A DNA stretch of 64,000 nt from positions 13,563-77,562 of the forward strand of contig CAIXMB010000038.1 in assembly GCA_903920435.1 (NCBI GenBank). Direction: 5' to 3'. The DNA comes from an uncultured Actinomycetes bacterium (GTDB taxonomy: Bacteria; Actinomycetota; Actinomycetes; Actinomycetales; Microbacteriaceae). The notes beneath the pieces are model-generated. The model had not been told where the DNA came from. It did not search any database and was given only the letters and a program-made list of their open reading frames with translations. The stretch's first letter is position 1. Every line of letters begins with the position of its first letter. Position numbers and translations under genes: made by a program. Positions 32,326 to 41,011 of this stretch are shown in pieces.

Positions 32326-33795
32326 CTAGCGCTCGAGCCACGCCTCCACGTCGTCCGCCGTGCGCGGGATGCCCACCGACAGGTTCTCGGCGCCGGACTC
32401 GGTGACGAGGATGTTGTCCTCGATGCGCACGCCGATGCCGCGGTACTCCTCGGGCACCGAGAGGTCGTCGGGCTGGAAGTAGAGGCCCGGCTCGATGGTG
32501 AACACCATGCCCGGTTCGAGCACGCCCTCGAGGTAGAGCTCGCGGCGCGCGGCGGCGCAGTCGTGCACGTCGATACCCAGGTGGTGAGAGGTGCCGTGCA
32601 CCATGTAGCGGCGGTGGTACTGGTGCTCGGGCAGCAGCGACTCCTCGGCGCTTACCGGCAGGAAGCCCCACTCGGCGGTCCTCGCCGCGATGACCTTCAT
32701 GGCCTCGGCATGGATCTCGCGGAACTTGATGCCCGGCCGCACGATCGCGAACGCGGCGTCCGCGGCCTCGCGCACCGCCTCGTAGACGCGGCGCTGCACC
32801 TCGGTGAAGGTGCCGTTCACCGGCAGCGTGCGGGTGATGTCGGCCGTGTAGTAACTGTCGAGCTCGATCCCCGCGTCGATGAGGATGAGGTCGCCGGGCA
32901 CGACGGGGCCGTCGTTGCGCGTCCAGTGCAGAATGCACGCGTGCGGGCCGGATGCCGCGATCGTGTCGTATCCGACGGTGTTGCCCTCGGCGCGCGCCCG
33001 GCGGTTGAAGGTGCCCTCGACGAGCCGTTCGCCCCGCGCGTGCGCCGTGATCTCGGAGAGGTCGCCGACGACGTCGTCGAACCCCAGCTTCGTGGCGTCG
33101 ACTGCCGCGCGCATCTCGGCGATCTCGAACGAGTCCTTCACGAGGCGCAGCTCGCTCAGGTCGCGCGCGAGCTCGTCGTCGGGATCGTTCTCCACAGACT
33201 CACTGTCCGCGGCGAGCAGGCGTCGGCCGTCTACCTGGTCGGTGATGTCGCGGTCGGCGTCGCGCACGAGGAGCGTGTCGGCGTCGACGCTGTCGATGAC
33301 CGCGGCGACGTCGGCGAGGCCGCGCGTCGCGAGCCCGAGGTCGGCGGCGACGTGCGCGAGCGAGGGGCGGGCGCCGATCCAGAACTCGCCGATCTCGGGG
33401 TTCGCGTAGAACTCGTCGGACTCGCGGCCCGCCGGCTCGCGGAAGTAGAGGGTGGCGTCGTGGCCCGACTCCGTGGGCTCCAGCACGAGCACGCTGCCGG
33501 GCACCGAGTCGGAGCCCCAGCCGGTCAGGTGCGCGAACGCGGAGTGCGCGCGGTAGGCGTAGTCGGTGTCGTTCGAGCGCACCTTCGCCGCGCCCGCGGG
33601 GATGATGAGGCGCTTCCCGGGGTGCATCGCCGAGATCCTCGCCCTGCGCTCGGCGGCGAAGGCCGCCTGCTCGCGCGGCGCGGGGAGGGCATCCGGCCGC
33701 TCTGCCCACTGGCTGGAGATGTACTGGGCGAACGTCTCGGAGACCGGGGTCGTCGAACGGTTGGAGGTGGCGCGGGGAGCGGTCTTGTCAGCCAT
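32326..33795 (-). CDS. pepP: Xaa-Pro aminopeptidase (M24B)
   Basis: RSNDTDYAYR, ACILHW, DAGIE, ADITRT, HGTSHHLGIDVHD, TIEPGLY, GVRIED. Confidence 0.95.
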   Translation of the reverse strand: MADKTAPRATSNRSTTPVSETFAQYISSQWAERPDALPAPREQAAFAAERRARISAMHPGKRLIIPAGAAKVRSNDTDYAYRAHSAFAHLTGWGSDSVPGSVLVLEPTESGHDATLYFREPAGRESDEFYANPEIGEFWIGARPSLAHVAADLGLATRGLADVAAVIDSVDADTLLVRDADRDITDQVDGRRLLAADSESVENDPDDELARDLSELRLVKDSFEIAEMRAAVDATKLGFDDVVGDLSEITAHARGERLVEGTFNRRARAEGNTVGYDTIAASGPHACILHWTRNDGPVVPGDLILIDAGIELDSYYTADITRTLPVNGTFTEVQRRVYEAVREAADAAFAIVRPGIKFREIHAEAMKVIAARTAEWGFLPVSAEESLLPEHQYHRRYMVHGTSHHLGIDVHDCAAARRELYLEGVLEPGMVFTIEPGLYFQPDDLSVPEEYRGIGVRIEDNILVTESGAENLSVGIPRTADDVEAWLER

Positions 33796-33832
33796 GGGAC
33801 AAGTCTGCCTCCTGTTCGGCAGACGCGCACGG

Positions 33833-34579
33833 TCAGAAGGTGCGCACGCCCGCGTCGTACTCCATCGTGAAGCCCTGCCCGCGCGAGTTCGTGCAGGTCA
33901 CCCCGGTGTCGTAGTTGATGGCGCAGGTCATGCCCGCGACGGTCACGGGGCTGTCGTAGGCGATGACCTCGGCGGGCTCGGCGAACGAGGGCACGCACGG
34001 CCAGTACGCGCCCGAATCGGTGACGCCGACGAAGACCCCGGGTGCCCCGGTGGTGCAGGCCTGGGCGGGGAACGCGTAGTTGATGTTCACCTGCTGGCAG
34101 ATCGCCCCGGGCACACCGTTGAACGCGCCCACCGAGCACCGCAGGTTGCCCGACTGGCTCTTGAAGGCGTGGTTGACCACGGGCGCCGCCGTCGGTGTCG
34201 CGGTGGGTAGCGGGGTCGCCGTCGCGAGCGGCTTGGCCACCTCGTCGACCGTGGGCTGCACGGATTCCCCGGCGCTCGCCTGCGTCGGCTGGGCGTTCGA
34301 CGTGAACCACCAGGCGGCGATGCCGCCCCCGGCGAGCAGCACGGCGACCACGCCGGCGACGACGGGGATCAGCAGGCGCGGCAGGGGCCGGGCCGCTGCT
34401 GCTGCACCGGGCGGCGGGGGCGGTGCCGGCAGCGTCTGGGTGGCGGGAGGCGGGGGCGGCGCGGGGAGCGCGGTGGCCTGCGTGGCGGCGACCTCGAACG
34501 GCGTGCCGCACTGGTCGCAGAAGCGAGCGTCGCCGGGGTTCACGGCCCCGCAGTTGCCGCAGGTGAGTTCGCCCGCCAT
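33833..34579 (-). CDS. Zinc-ribbon / TM / Cys-rich extracellular domain protein
   Basis: CGNCG...FCDQCG, Pro-rich linker, TM, FKSQSGNLRC...AYDSPVTVAGMTC...GVTCTN...GQGF. Confidence 0.85.
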   Translation of the reverse strand: MAGELTCGNCGAVNPGDARFCDQCGTPFEVAATQATALPAPPPPPATQTLPAPPPPPGAAAAARPLPRLLIPVVAGVVAVLLAGGGIAAWWFTSNAQPTQASAGESVQPTVDEVAKPLATATPLPTATPTAAPVVNHAFKSQSGNLRCSVGAFNGVPGAICQQVNINYAFPAQACTTGAPGVFVGVTDSGAYWPCVPSFAEPAEVIAYDSPVTVAGMTCAINYDTGVTCTNSRGQGFTMEYDAGVRTF

Positions 34580-34682
34580 CAGTCCTCCTCCTCGCCGCGG
34601 TCATCGATGTTGCCCATTATGGCGGGTGGAGCGCGGCGATTCTAAGAATTGCTCGCGTCACCGTGACCGATATTCTGCACTC

Positions 34683-36179
34683 ATGACGACAGCCCCGAGC
34701 ACCAACCCGTTCACGGGGATTCCGATCTCAGACTTCGTGCGCGACGGGGGAGCGGTGCTGCTCCTGCTGCTGTCCCTCGCGATGCCGTGGACCTCCACGA
34801 GCTTCGACGGCTACGGGCCCTCGTTCGCGGCCGGCCGCGTCGACGTCGTGCTCATCACCCTGCTGAGCGTCGCGTCGGTCTCGCTCACCTACCTCGCCCG
34901 CGGCAGGGTGCTGCCGCCGGCGATGACGGTCAACACGGTCTGGCTCATCCGCGAGCTCGTGAACGTGCCGTACCTGCTGCTCGTGATCGTCTACATCATC
35001 ATCGACGCGGTCACCGGCCGCGGGCTCGGAACCGCGGCCGCGTTCGGGCTCGCCGGTGTCGTGCTCGCGGCACAGCCGCGCGAGGCGGAGACCCGGGCCT
35101 TCGTGGCGGGCGCGCCCATCAGCGTGCTCTGGCGGCGCATCGCGCTCGGCTTCGGCGGGGTCGCCGTCCTGACGACCTTCATCGCCCTCGTGCTCTCCCT
35201 GGTCTCGTTCATCGGCTCCGGCTACCCGCCGGCGTCGGTGCTGTATGCGCTCATCGTGTCGCTCGCCATGCTCGCCGCCAGCGCGCTGCTCTACTACGGC
35301 GTCGCCCGCCGGAGCGAGGCGGGCCGCCTCGCCGCGTTCGGTGTCGGCGGCGCCGTGCTGGGCGCCGTGTTCATCGACCTCTTCACGCGCTTCGCGCTCT
35401 CGGGCTACGTCTACTCCCTCCACGGCGCGGGCGGCTACGTGGTCGTCTTCGCCGCCGTGCTCGCCGCTCTCGCCTCCGCGCCCGCCGTGCGCGCCGGGAT
35501 GAACCCCGCCGACCCGGTGCGTCGCTGGCTCACGGCGGCGGGTGTCGTACTCCTCGCGCTCGCCGGCCTCGCGGGGCTCAGCCTCCTCACCACCGTCATC
35601 TCGCTCGTGGGCGGGTTCGGCTACCTCGGCCTGCCCGTCGGCATCATCATGATCGTGTGCTGCCTGGGCATCGCCGCCCTGGCGGTGTTCGCGCGCATGC
35701 AGCTCACCGCCAACCCCGCGAACCGGATGATCGTGCTCATCCTCACCGGCGGCGCCCTCGTGCTCGGCCTCGTGTACGTCGTGCTCGCCGGCCTCGCCTG
35801 GCTCAACTCCGTGCTGAGCATTGTGCTCGCGTTCGGACTGCCGATCGTGGTTGCCGTGTTCCTCACCGTGCCGAAGGAGGTGCGCGCGTACTACGCGGCG
35901 GTCGCCGCGGCGCGACCCGTGTACGCGCCCGCGGCACCCGCCGCGCCGCCGGCGCCCGCCGGCCCTCCCGCACCCCCGGTGGCCGCGCCCGCCGATCCGC
36001 GCATCGCCATCGCCCTCGACCCCGCCACCCCCGCGGCCATGCTGCACCAGTTCGCCGTCGACGAGCCCGCGCTGCGCCAGTACGTCGCCGCGAATCCCTC
36101 CACCTACCCCGACCTGCTCACGTGGCTCGGCACGCTCGGCGACCCCGCGGTGAACGCCGCGCTCGCGGCGCGGGCGTAG
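34683..36179 (+). CDS. Multi-TM membrane protein with C-terminal variant leucine-rich (LRV-like) domain
   Basis: ~12 TM; Pro/Ala linker; ALDPATP...LRQYVAANPSTYPDLLTWL...DPAVNAAL; TATTCT 6 nt upstream. Confidence 0.8.
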   Translation: MTTAPSTNPFTGIPISDFVRDGGAVLLLLLSLAMPWTSTSFDGYGPSFAAGRVDVVLITLLSVASVSLTYLARGRVLPPAMTVNTVWLIRELVNVPYLLLVIVYIIIDAVTGRGLGTAAAFGLAGVVLAAQPREAETRAFVAGAPISVLWRRIALGFGGVAVLTTFIALVLSLVSFIGSGYPPASVLYALIVSLAMLAASALLYYGVARRSEAGRLAAFGVGGAVLGAVFIDLFTRFALSGYVYSLHGAGGYVVVFAAVLAALASAPAVRAGMNPADPVRRWLTAAGVVLLALAGLAGLSLLTTVISLVGGFGYLGLPVGIIMIVCCLGIAALAVFARMQLTANPANRMIVLILTGGALVLGLVYVVLAGLAWLNSVLSIVLAFGLPIVVAVFLTVPKEVRAYYAAVAAARPVYAPAAPAAPPAPAGPPAPPVAAPADPRIAIALDPATPAAMLHQFAVDEPALRQYVAANPSTYPDLLTWLGTLGDPAVNAALAARA

Positions 36180-36184
36180 CGCCC

Positions 36185-37198
36185 TCAGTCGGCGGGAGTG
36201 AACTGCGCGAGCACCGGGCGGTGGTCGCTACCGTAGCCGTCGTGCGACTCGACGACGCGGAATCCGCTCACGCGCCAGTTGGCGGTCGCCATGACGTGGT
36301 CGATGGGAGCGCCGAGCAGGGCGGGCAGAGCCGCGGGCCAGGTGCCGACCGCGGCGTTGCCCGTGGCATCCGCCGCGTCGTGGCACTCGCCGATCGCCGC
36401 GCCCGCCGAGGTGGCGAGGCCGGAGTAGTGGTCGAGAGTCGAGTTGAAGTCGCCCGCGACGATGAGGTTGTCGCCGTCGCACGCGGCCTTGAGCCACTGC
36501 AGGTCGTCGCGCCAGTGCTGCATCTCGCCGGGCACGGGGGCGACGGCATGCACGGCGACGATCGTCGGGCCCGTTCCGTCGACGGGCGTCGCGACCACCG
36601 TCGGGAGCACCGAGGTGGTGACCGCCGACTCGTCGACCTGGTACTCGCCGAGGTCGACGCTGATGAGCAGCGTGGTCGAGCGGGCCTTCGAGATCTCGTC
36701 GTAGGCGGTCGTGAACCACGCCATCGGCTTGCCCGCGTCGGCCATCAGCTGCGCGACGGCGATACCCGCGTCGCGCGACGTCTCGGGGAGCACGACGATC
36801 TCGGCGCCCGTGCTGAGTGCGAGAGATGCGATCGCGTCGGCGCCCGGGGCGTCGCCGAGGGTGTTCCAACTGAGCACGGTGATGTCGCTGTCCGTCGCCG
36901 ACTCGAACCCGGGGCTGCCGAACCCGCGGGTCGAGAGCACCGCCGCCGTGACGAGCACGAACGCGAGCATCGCGATGGCGAGGGATGCCGCGAACCGGCG
37001 CACGGGCGCCGAGATGAGTGCGGCGAGCGTGAGTGCCACCGCGAGCACGAGGGCGACCGCCGCGACGAGGCCGCGCAGCGACACGACCTGCGCGACTATC
37101 GGAACGGTAGCGAGCCCGAACACCTGGGGCCAGAGCGCCACGATGAGGGCGGCGCCGACGGCGACGATGACGACGGCGGCGAGGAATCTGCGGAACAT
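36185..37198 (-). CDS. Endonuclease/exonuclease/phosphatase family protein with N-terminal TMs
   Basis: SWNT, VLPET, AGDFNST, IDHV, SDHRPV. Confidence 0.92.
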   Translation of the reverse strand: MFRRFLAAVVIVAVGAALIVALWPQVFGLATVPIVAQVVSLRGLVAAVALVLAVALTLAALISAPVRRFAASLAIAMLAFVLVTAAVLSTRGFGSPGFESATDSDITVLSWNTLGDAPGADAIASLALSTGAEIVVLPETSRDAGIAVAQLMADAGKPMAWFTTAYDEISKARSTTLLISVDLGEYQVDESAVTTSVLPTVVATPVDGTGPTIVAVHAVAPVPGEMQHWRDDLQWLKAACDGDNLIVAGDFNSTLDHYSGLATSAGAAIGECHDAADATGNAAVGTWPAALPALLGAPIDHVMATANWRVSGFRVVESHDGYGSDHRPVLAQFTPAD

Positions 37199-37242
37199 TG
37201 CCGCCGAGCCTAGCCGAGCGCCGCAGCGAATAGGCTGGACGG

Positions 37243-38097
37243 ATGCCCGACGGCCCCATCGACCTGCACACGCACTCCGCCGTGTCCGACGGGACCGAGA
37301 CCCCCACCCAGCTCGTGCGCGCGGCGGTCGCCGCGGGGCTTTCCGCCCTCGCGATCACCGACCACGATTCGACGGCCGGCTGGCAGGAGGCGTTCACCGC
37401 CGCCGCGGAAACCGGGCTCACGGTCATCCCGGGCATGGAGCTCAGCACGAACTACGGCCCCGCGAGCGTGCACGTGCTCGCGTACCTCTTCGACCCCAAC
37501 AACGGCGAGGTCGTCGCGGAGACCGCGCGCATCAGGGACGGGCGGCTGCACCGCGCCGAGCGCATCGTCGAGCGCATCGCCGCGGACTACGACCTCACGT
37601 GGGACGACGTGCTCGCCGAGGCCTCGGACGGTTCCACCCTCGGGCGCCCGCACATCGCCGACGCGCTCGTGCGCAAGGGGCACGTGCCCAACCGCAGCGC
37701 TGCGTTCGAGAGCATCCTGCACTGGCGCGGCGGCTACTACGAGAAGTACTACGCGCCGTCACCGCTCGAGGGCGTGCGGATGATCGTCGGCGCGGGCGGA
37801 GTACCCGTGCTCGCGCATCCGGCGACGCACAGCAAGTACCGGGCGATGGAGGACGGGGTGATCCGCCAGCTTGCCGACGCTGGGCTCTTCGGCCTCGAGG
37901 TCGGCCACCGCGACAACACGGAGGACGGCAAGCGCTGGCTCCTGAAGCTCGCGAAGAAGTTCGGCCTCGAAGTCACCGGGTCGAGCGACTACCACGGTGA
38001 GGGCAAGCCGAACCGCCTCGCCGAGAACTCGACGAGCCCCGAGGTGCTCGCCAAGCTCGTCGAGCGCGGAACTGGCACGGCGCCCTACGTAGGCTGA
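37243..38097 (+). CDS. PHP domain protein
   Basis: IDLHTHSAVSDG, AITDHD, GRPHIA, LAHP, GSSDYHG. Confidence 0.93.
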   Translation: MPDGPIDLHTHSAVSDGTETPTQLVRAAVAAGLSALAITDHDSTAGWQEAFTAAAETGLTVIPGMELSTNYGPASVHVLAYLFDPNNGEVVAETARIRDGRLHRAERIVERIAADYDLTWDDVLAEASDGSTLGRPHIADALVRKGHVPNRSAAFESILHWRGGYYEKYYAPSPLEGVRMIVGAGGVPVLAHPATHSKYRAMEDGVIRQLADAGLFGLEVGHRDNTEDGKRWLLKLAKKFGLEVTGSSDYHGEGKPNRLAENSTSPEVLAKLVERGTGTAPYVG

Positions 38098-39531
38098 CTA
38101 CGCCGTCGGCGCGGTGTTGCCCGGGGTGCCCGAGCCACCGCGGCGCGTGCGCGTGCGACGACGGCGCGACGGCGCTGCGCCGTCGTGCGTTCCACCGCCG
38201 GCGGCGCTGTCGCGCGTGGCATCCGTCGACTGCGACGTGCGGGGCGGGCGCGAGCTCTGCTGGCTACCGCCACTGCGGCCACGGCCACCATCGCGACCAC
38301 CGTCACGACCGCCCGAGGAGGGCGCGGGGTCCTTCACGCGGGCGACCGAGCCGGGCAGGCGGCCCTTCGTGCCCTCGGGGATGTCGAGGTCGGTGTAGAG
38401 GTGCGGGCTGGAGGAGTACGTCTCGACGGGCTCCGGGATGCCCATCTCGAGCGCGCGGTTGATGAGCGACCACTTGTGCATGTCGTCCCAGTCGACGAAC
38501 GTCACGGCGATGCCGGTCTTGCCCGCGCGGCCCGTGCGGCCGGCACGGTGCAGGTAGGTGTCGTGGTCGTCGGGGATGGTGTGGTTGATCACGTGCGTCA
38601 CGTCGTTGACGTCGATACCGCGAGCCGCGACATCCGTTGCGATGAGGATGTCTTTCTTGCCCGCCTTGAACGCGGCCATGGCGCGCTCGCGCTGCTCCTG
38701 GTTGAGGTCGCCGTGCACGGCGGCGGCGTTGAAGCCGCGGTCGTTGAGCTCCTCGACGAGCTTGGCGGCAGCGCGCTTCGTGCGCGTGAAGACGACGGTC
38801 TTGCCGCGGCCCTCGGACTGCAAGATGCGCGCGATGACCTCGTCTTTGTCGAGCGAGTGGGCGCGGTAGACGACGTGCTTGATGTTCGCCTGCGTGAGGC
38901 CCTCGTCGGGGTCGGTCGCGCGGATGTGGATCGGGCGGTTCATGAAGCGGCGGGCGAGGGCCACGATCGGGCCGGGCATCGTCGCGGAGAACAGCATCGT
39001 GTGGCGCGTCGGGGAGGTCTGTGCGAACAGCTTCTCGATGTCGCTCAGGAAGCCGAGGTCGAGCATCTTGTCGGCCTCGTCGAGCACCATGACCTTGACG
39101 TCCTTGAGCGACAGCAGGCGCTGCGAGGCGAGGTCGAGCAGGCGGCCGGGGGTGCCGACGACGACCTGCGCGCCGGCCTTGAGCTCCTCGACCTGGCCCT
39201 CGTAGGCCTTGCCACCGTAGATCGCGGCGATCTTGGTGCTGCGGTTGGAGGCGGCGAGCACGAGGTCCTCGGCGACCTGCACGCACAGCTCACGGGTGGG
39301 GACCACGACGAGCGCCTTGACCCCCGGCTCGGGGTCGGTGCCGAGCGACTGGAGCAGGGGGAGGCCGAAGCCGAGCGTCTTGCCCGTTCCGGTCTTGGCC
39401 TGGCCGATGATGTCCTGGCCGGCGAGGCCCATGGGGATCGTCTGGGTCTGGATCGGGAAGGGCTCGATGATGCCCTTGGTGGCCAGCGCGTCGACCATGT
39501 CCTGGTCGATATTGAGTTCGGAAAAAGTCAC
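38098..39531 (-). CDS. DEAD-box RNA helicase
   Basis: Q motif PFPIQ, AKTGTGKT, PTRELC, DEAD, SAT, HRAGRTGR; Gly/Arg-rich tail; GTG start 39531. Confidence 0.96.
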   Translation of the reverse strand: MTFSELNIDQDMVDALATKGIIEPFPIQTQTIPMGLAGQDIIGQAKTGTGKTLGFGLPLLQSLGTDPEPGVKALVVVPTRELCVQVAEDLVLAASNRSTKIAAIYGGKAYEGQVEELKAGAQVVVGTPGRLLDLASQRLLSLKDVKVMVLDEADKMLDLGFLSDIEKLFAQTSPTRHTMLFSATMPGPIVALARRFMNRPIHIRATDPDEGLTQANIKHVVYRAHSLDKDEVIARILQSEGRGKTVVFTRTKRAAAKLVEELNDRGFNAAAVHGDLNQEQRERAMAAFKAGKKDILIATDVAARGIDVNDVTHVINHTIPDDHDTYLHRAGRTGRAGKTGIAVTFVDWDDMHKWSLINRALEMGIPEPVETYSSSPHLYTDLDIPEGTKGRLPGSVARVKDPAPSSGGRDGGRDGGRGRSGGSQQSSRPPRTSQSTDATRDSAAGGGTHDGAAPSRRRRTRTRRGGSGTPGNTAPTA

Positions 39532-39649
39532 AGAAGTAGAGCCCTTACGAGACAGTGCCTTTTCAGGCAATGAGCCACGCCCGTTCTGTCCTGGGGCGCA
39601 GGACCTCCGCCAGAAATGGGAGGTATGTGCACAGTCTAAGCTAAACCCC

Positions 39650-40366
39650 GTGGCTAACTGGTTCTCGCGCAAACCCCGGCGCATCGAGGTGCCGCGCCTG
39701 CGGTCTCGCAACGAGGACGTGGCGACCACGAAGGTCGACCTCCACGAGTTCACCCCCGAGATCATGACCTTCCTCGGCCGGGCCGCGTACGTGCAGCTCA
39801 CCCAGTTCGAGAACCTCTCGCGCGCCATCTCGAGCGCGCCGTCGACGGCGGCCAAGACCGCGATCGGGCGCGCCGCAGAGCTCTCTCTGAGCAAGCACCG
39901 GATGCTCGTCGACGAGATCACGCGCGCCGGCGGCACCCCCGCCGACGTGATGGAGCCCTCCACCGCCGATGTCGACAGGTTCGAGCGCGCCACCCACGGC
40001 GCGGACTGGTTCGAGACCCTCGTCACGTGCTACCTGACCGCGGGCTTCCTCGACGACTTCTTCGCGCGCCTTGCGATCGGCCTTCCCGCAGAGCCCGCGC
40101 GCCACATCGCGACGATCTACGCGGGCGAGTCGGGCGAGGCGGTCCTCGCCGGCCTCCTCGAGGAGGCCATCGAGGCCAATCCGCGGCTCGCGTCGCGCCT
40201 GGCGATGTGGGGCCGTCGGCTCGTGGGCGACACGATGCTCGTGGCGCGGGCGTCGCTGCAGTACAGCGAGAACCACAAGTCGGACGAGGCGCGCATCGAG
40301 CCGGTCTTCACCGAGCTCATCGCCGCACACACGCGGCGGATGGATGCGCTGGGCCTGACAGCCTGA
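39650..40366 (+). CDS. Ferritin-like (MiaE-like) protein
   Basis: Helical; WFETLVTCYLTAGFLDDF, RLAMWGRRLVGD, HTRRMDALGL; TAAGCT 7 nt upstream of GTG. Confidence 0.85.
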   Translation: MANWFSRKPRRIEVPRLRSRNEDVATTKVDLHEFTPEIMTFLGRAAYVQLTQFENLSRAISSAPSTAAKTAIGRAAELSLSKHRMLVDEITRAGGTPADVMEPSTADVDRFERATHGADWFETLVTCYLTAGFLDDFFARLAIGLPAEPARHIATIYAGESGEAVLAGLLEEAIEANPRLASRLAMWGRRLVGDTMLVARASLQYSENHKSDEARIEPVFTELIAAHTRRMDALGLTA

Positions 40367-40390
40367 CGGCCGCGCCGGTCGATCGGCTGG

Positions 40391-40690
40391 CTACGCCTTA
40401 CCGCCGGAGAGGTGGTGCAGAGTGTGCGCGTCGTGCTCGGCACGGCGGCGCGGGAGGTACAGCGCGAGCCCGAGCGCGACGAGGAACGCGGCCCCGAGCG
40501 ACGAGACCCAGATCCAGGTGCCGTCGAAGGTCCAGCGGACCGCCCAGAGCGTGCCCACCCACACGACAGCCGCCGTGATAGCGCTGGCGGCGGGCAGGAG
40601 CAGCAGGCCGTACGTGCTGCGCTTGGGGATCGTGTAGCGCACGATGGCGCCGATTCCCGCGGCGATGACGATGACGAAGAGCAGCTCCAT
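40391..40690 (-). CDS. Small 3-TM membrane protein
   Basis: Three hydrophobic helices; 9 nt downstream of DUF3107. Confidence 0.75.
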   Translation of the reverse strand: MELLFVIVIAAGIGAIVRYTIPKRSTYGLLLLPAASAITAAVVWVGTLWAVRWTFDGTWIWVSSLGAAFLVALGLALYLPRRRAEHDAHTLHHLSGGKA

Positions 40691-40699
40691 GGTGCGACT

Positions 40700-40924
40700 T
40701 TAGGCGACGAAGCCCACGCGACGCGACTCCTCGGAGCCGATCTCGAGGTAGGCCAGTGACGCGGTCGGGACGACGTAGACGTTGCCCTTGGCATCGGCGA
40801 GGCGCACGTACTTGGCGTCGGCGGCGAGAGCGTCGGCCACGACCTTCTCCACGTCGGCAGACGACTGCGACGACTCGAAGCTGATCTCACGGGGGCTGTT
40901 GGCGATGCCGATGCGAATGTCCAC
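40700..40924 (-). CDS. DUF3107 family protein
   Basis: MDIRIGIANSPREI...LADAKG...VP...LAYLEIGSEESRRVGF. Confidence 0.92.
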   Translation of the reverse strand: MDIRIGIANSPREISFESSQSSADVEKVVADALAADAKYVRLADAKGNVYVVPTASLAYLEIGSEESRRVGFVA

Positions 40925-41011
40925 GTGACCAGATTAGGACATGCCGGATGCCCGCCCTCGCGCCGTTCTCTGTCAGCGCACTGTGTCGTCCACCCCCGCT
41001 ACCGTGGTGTT

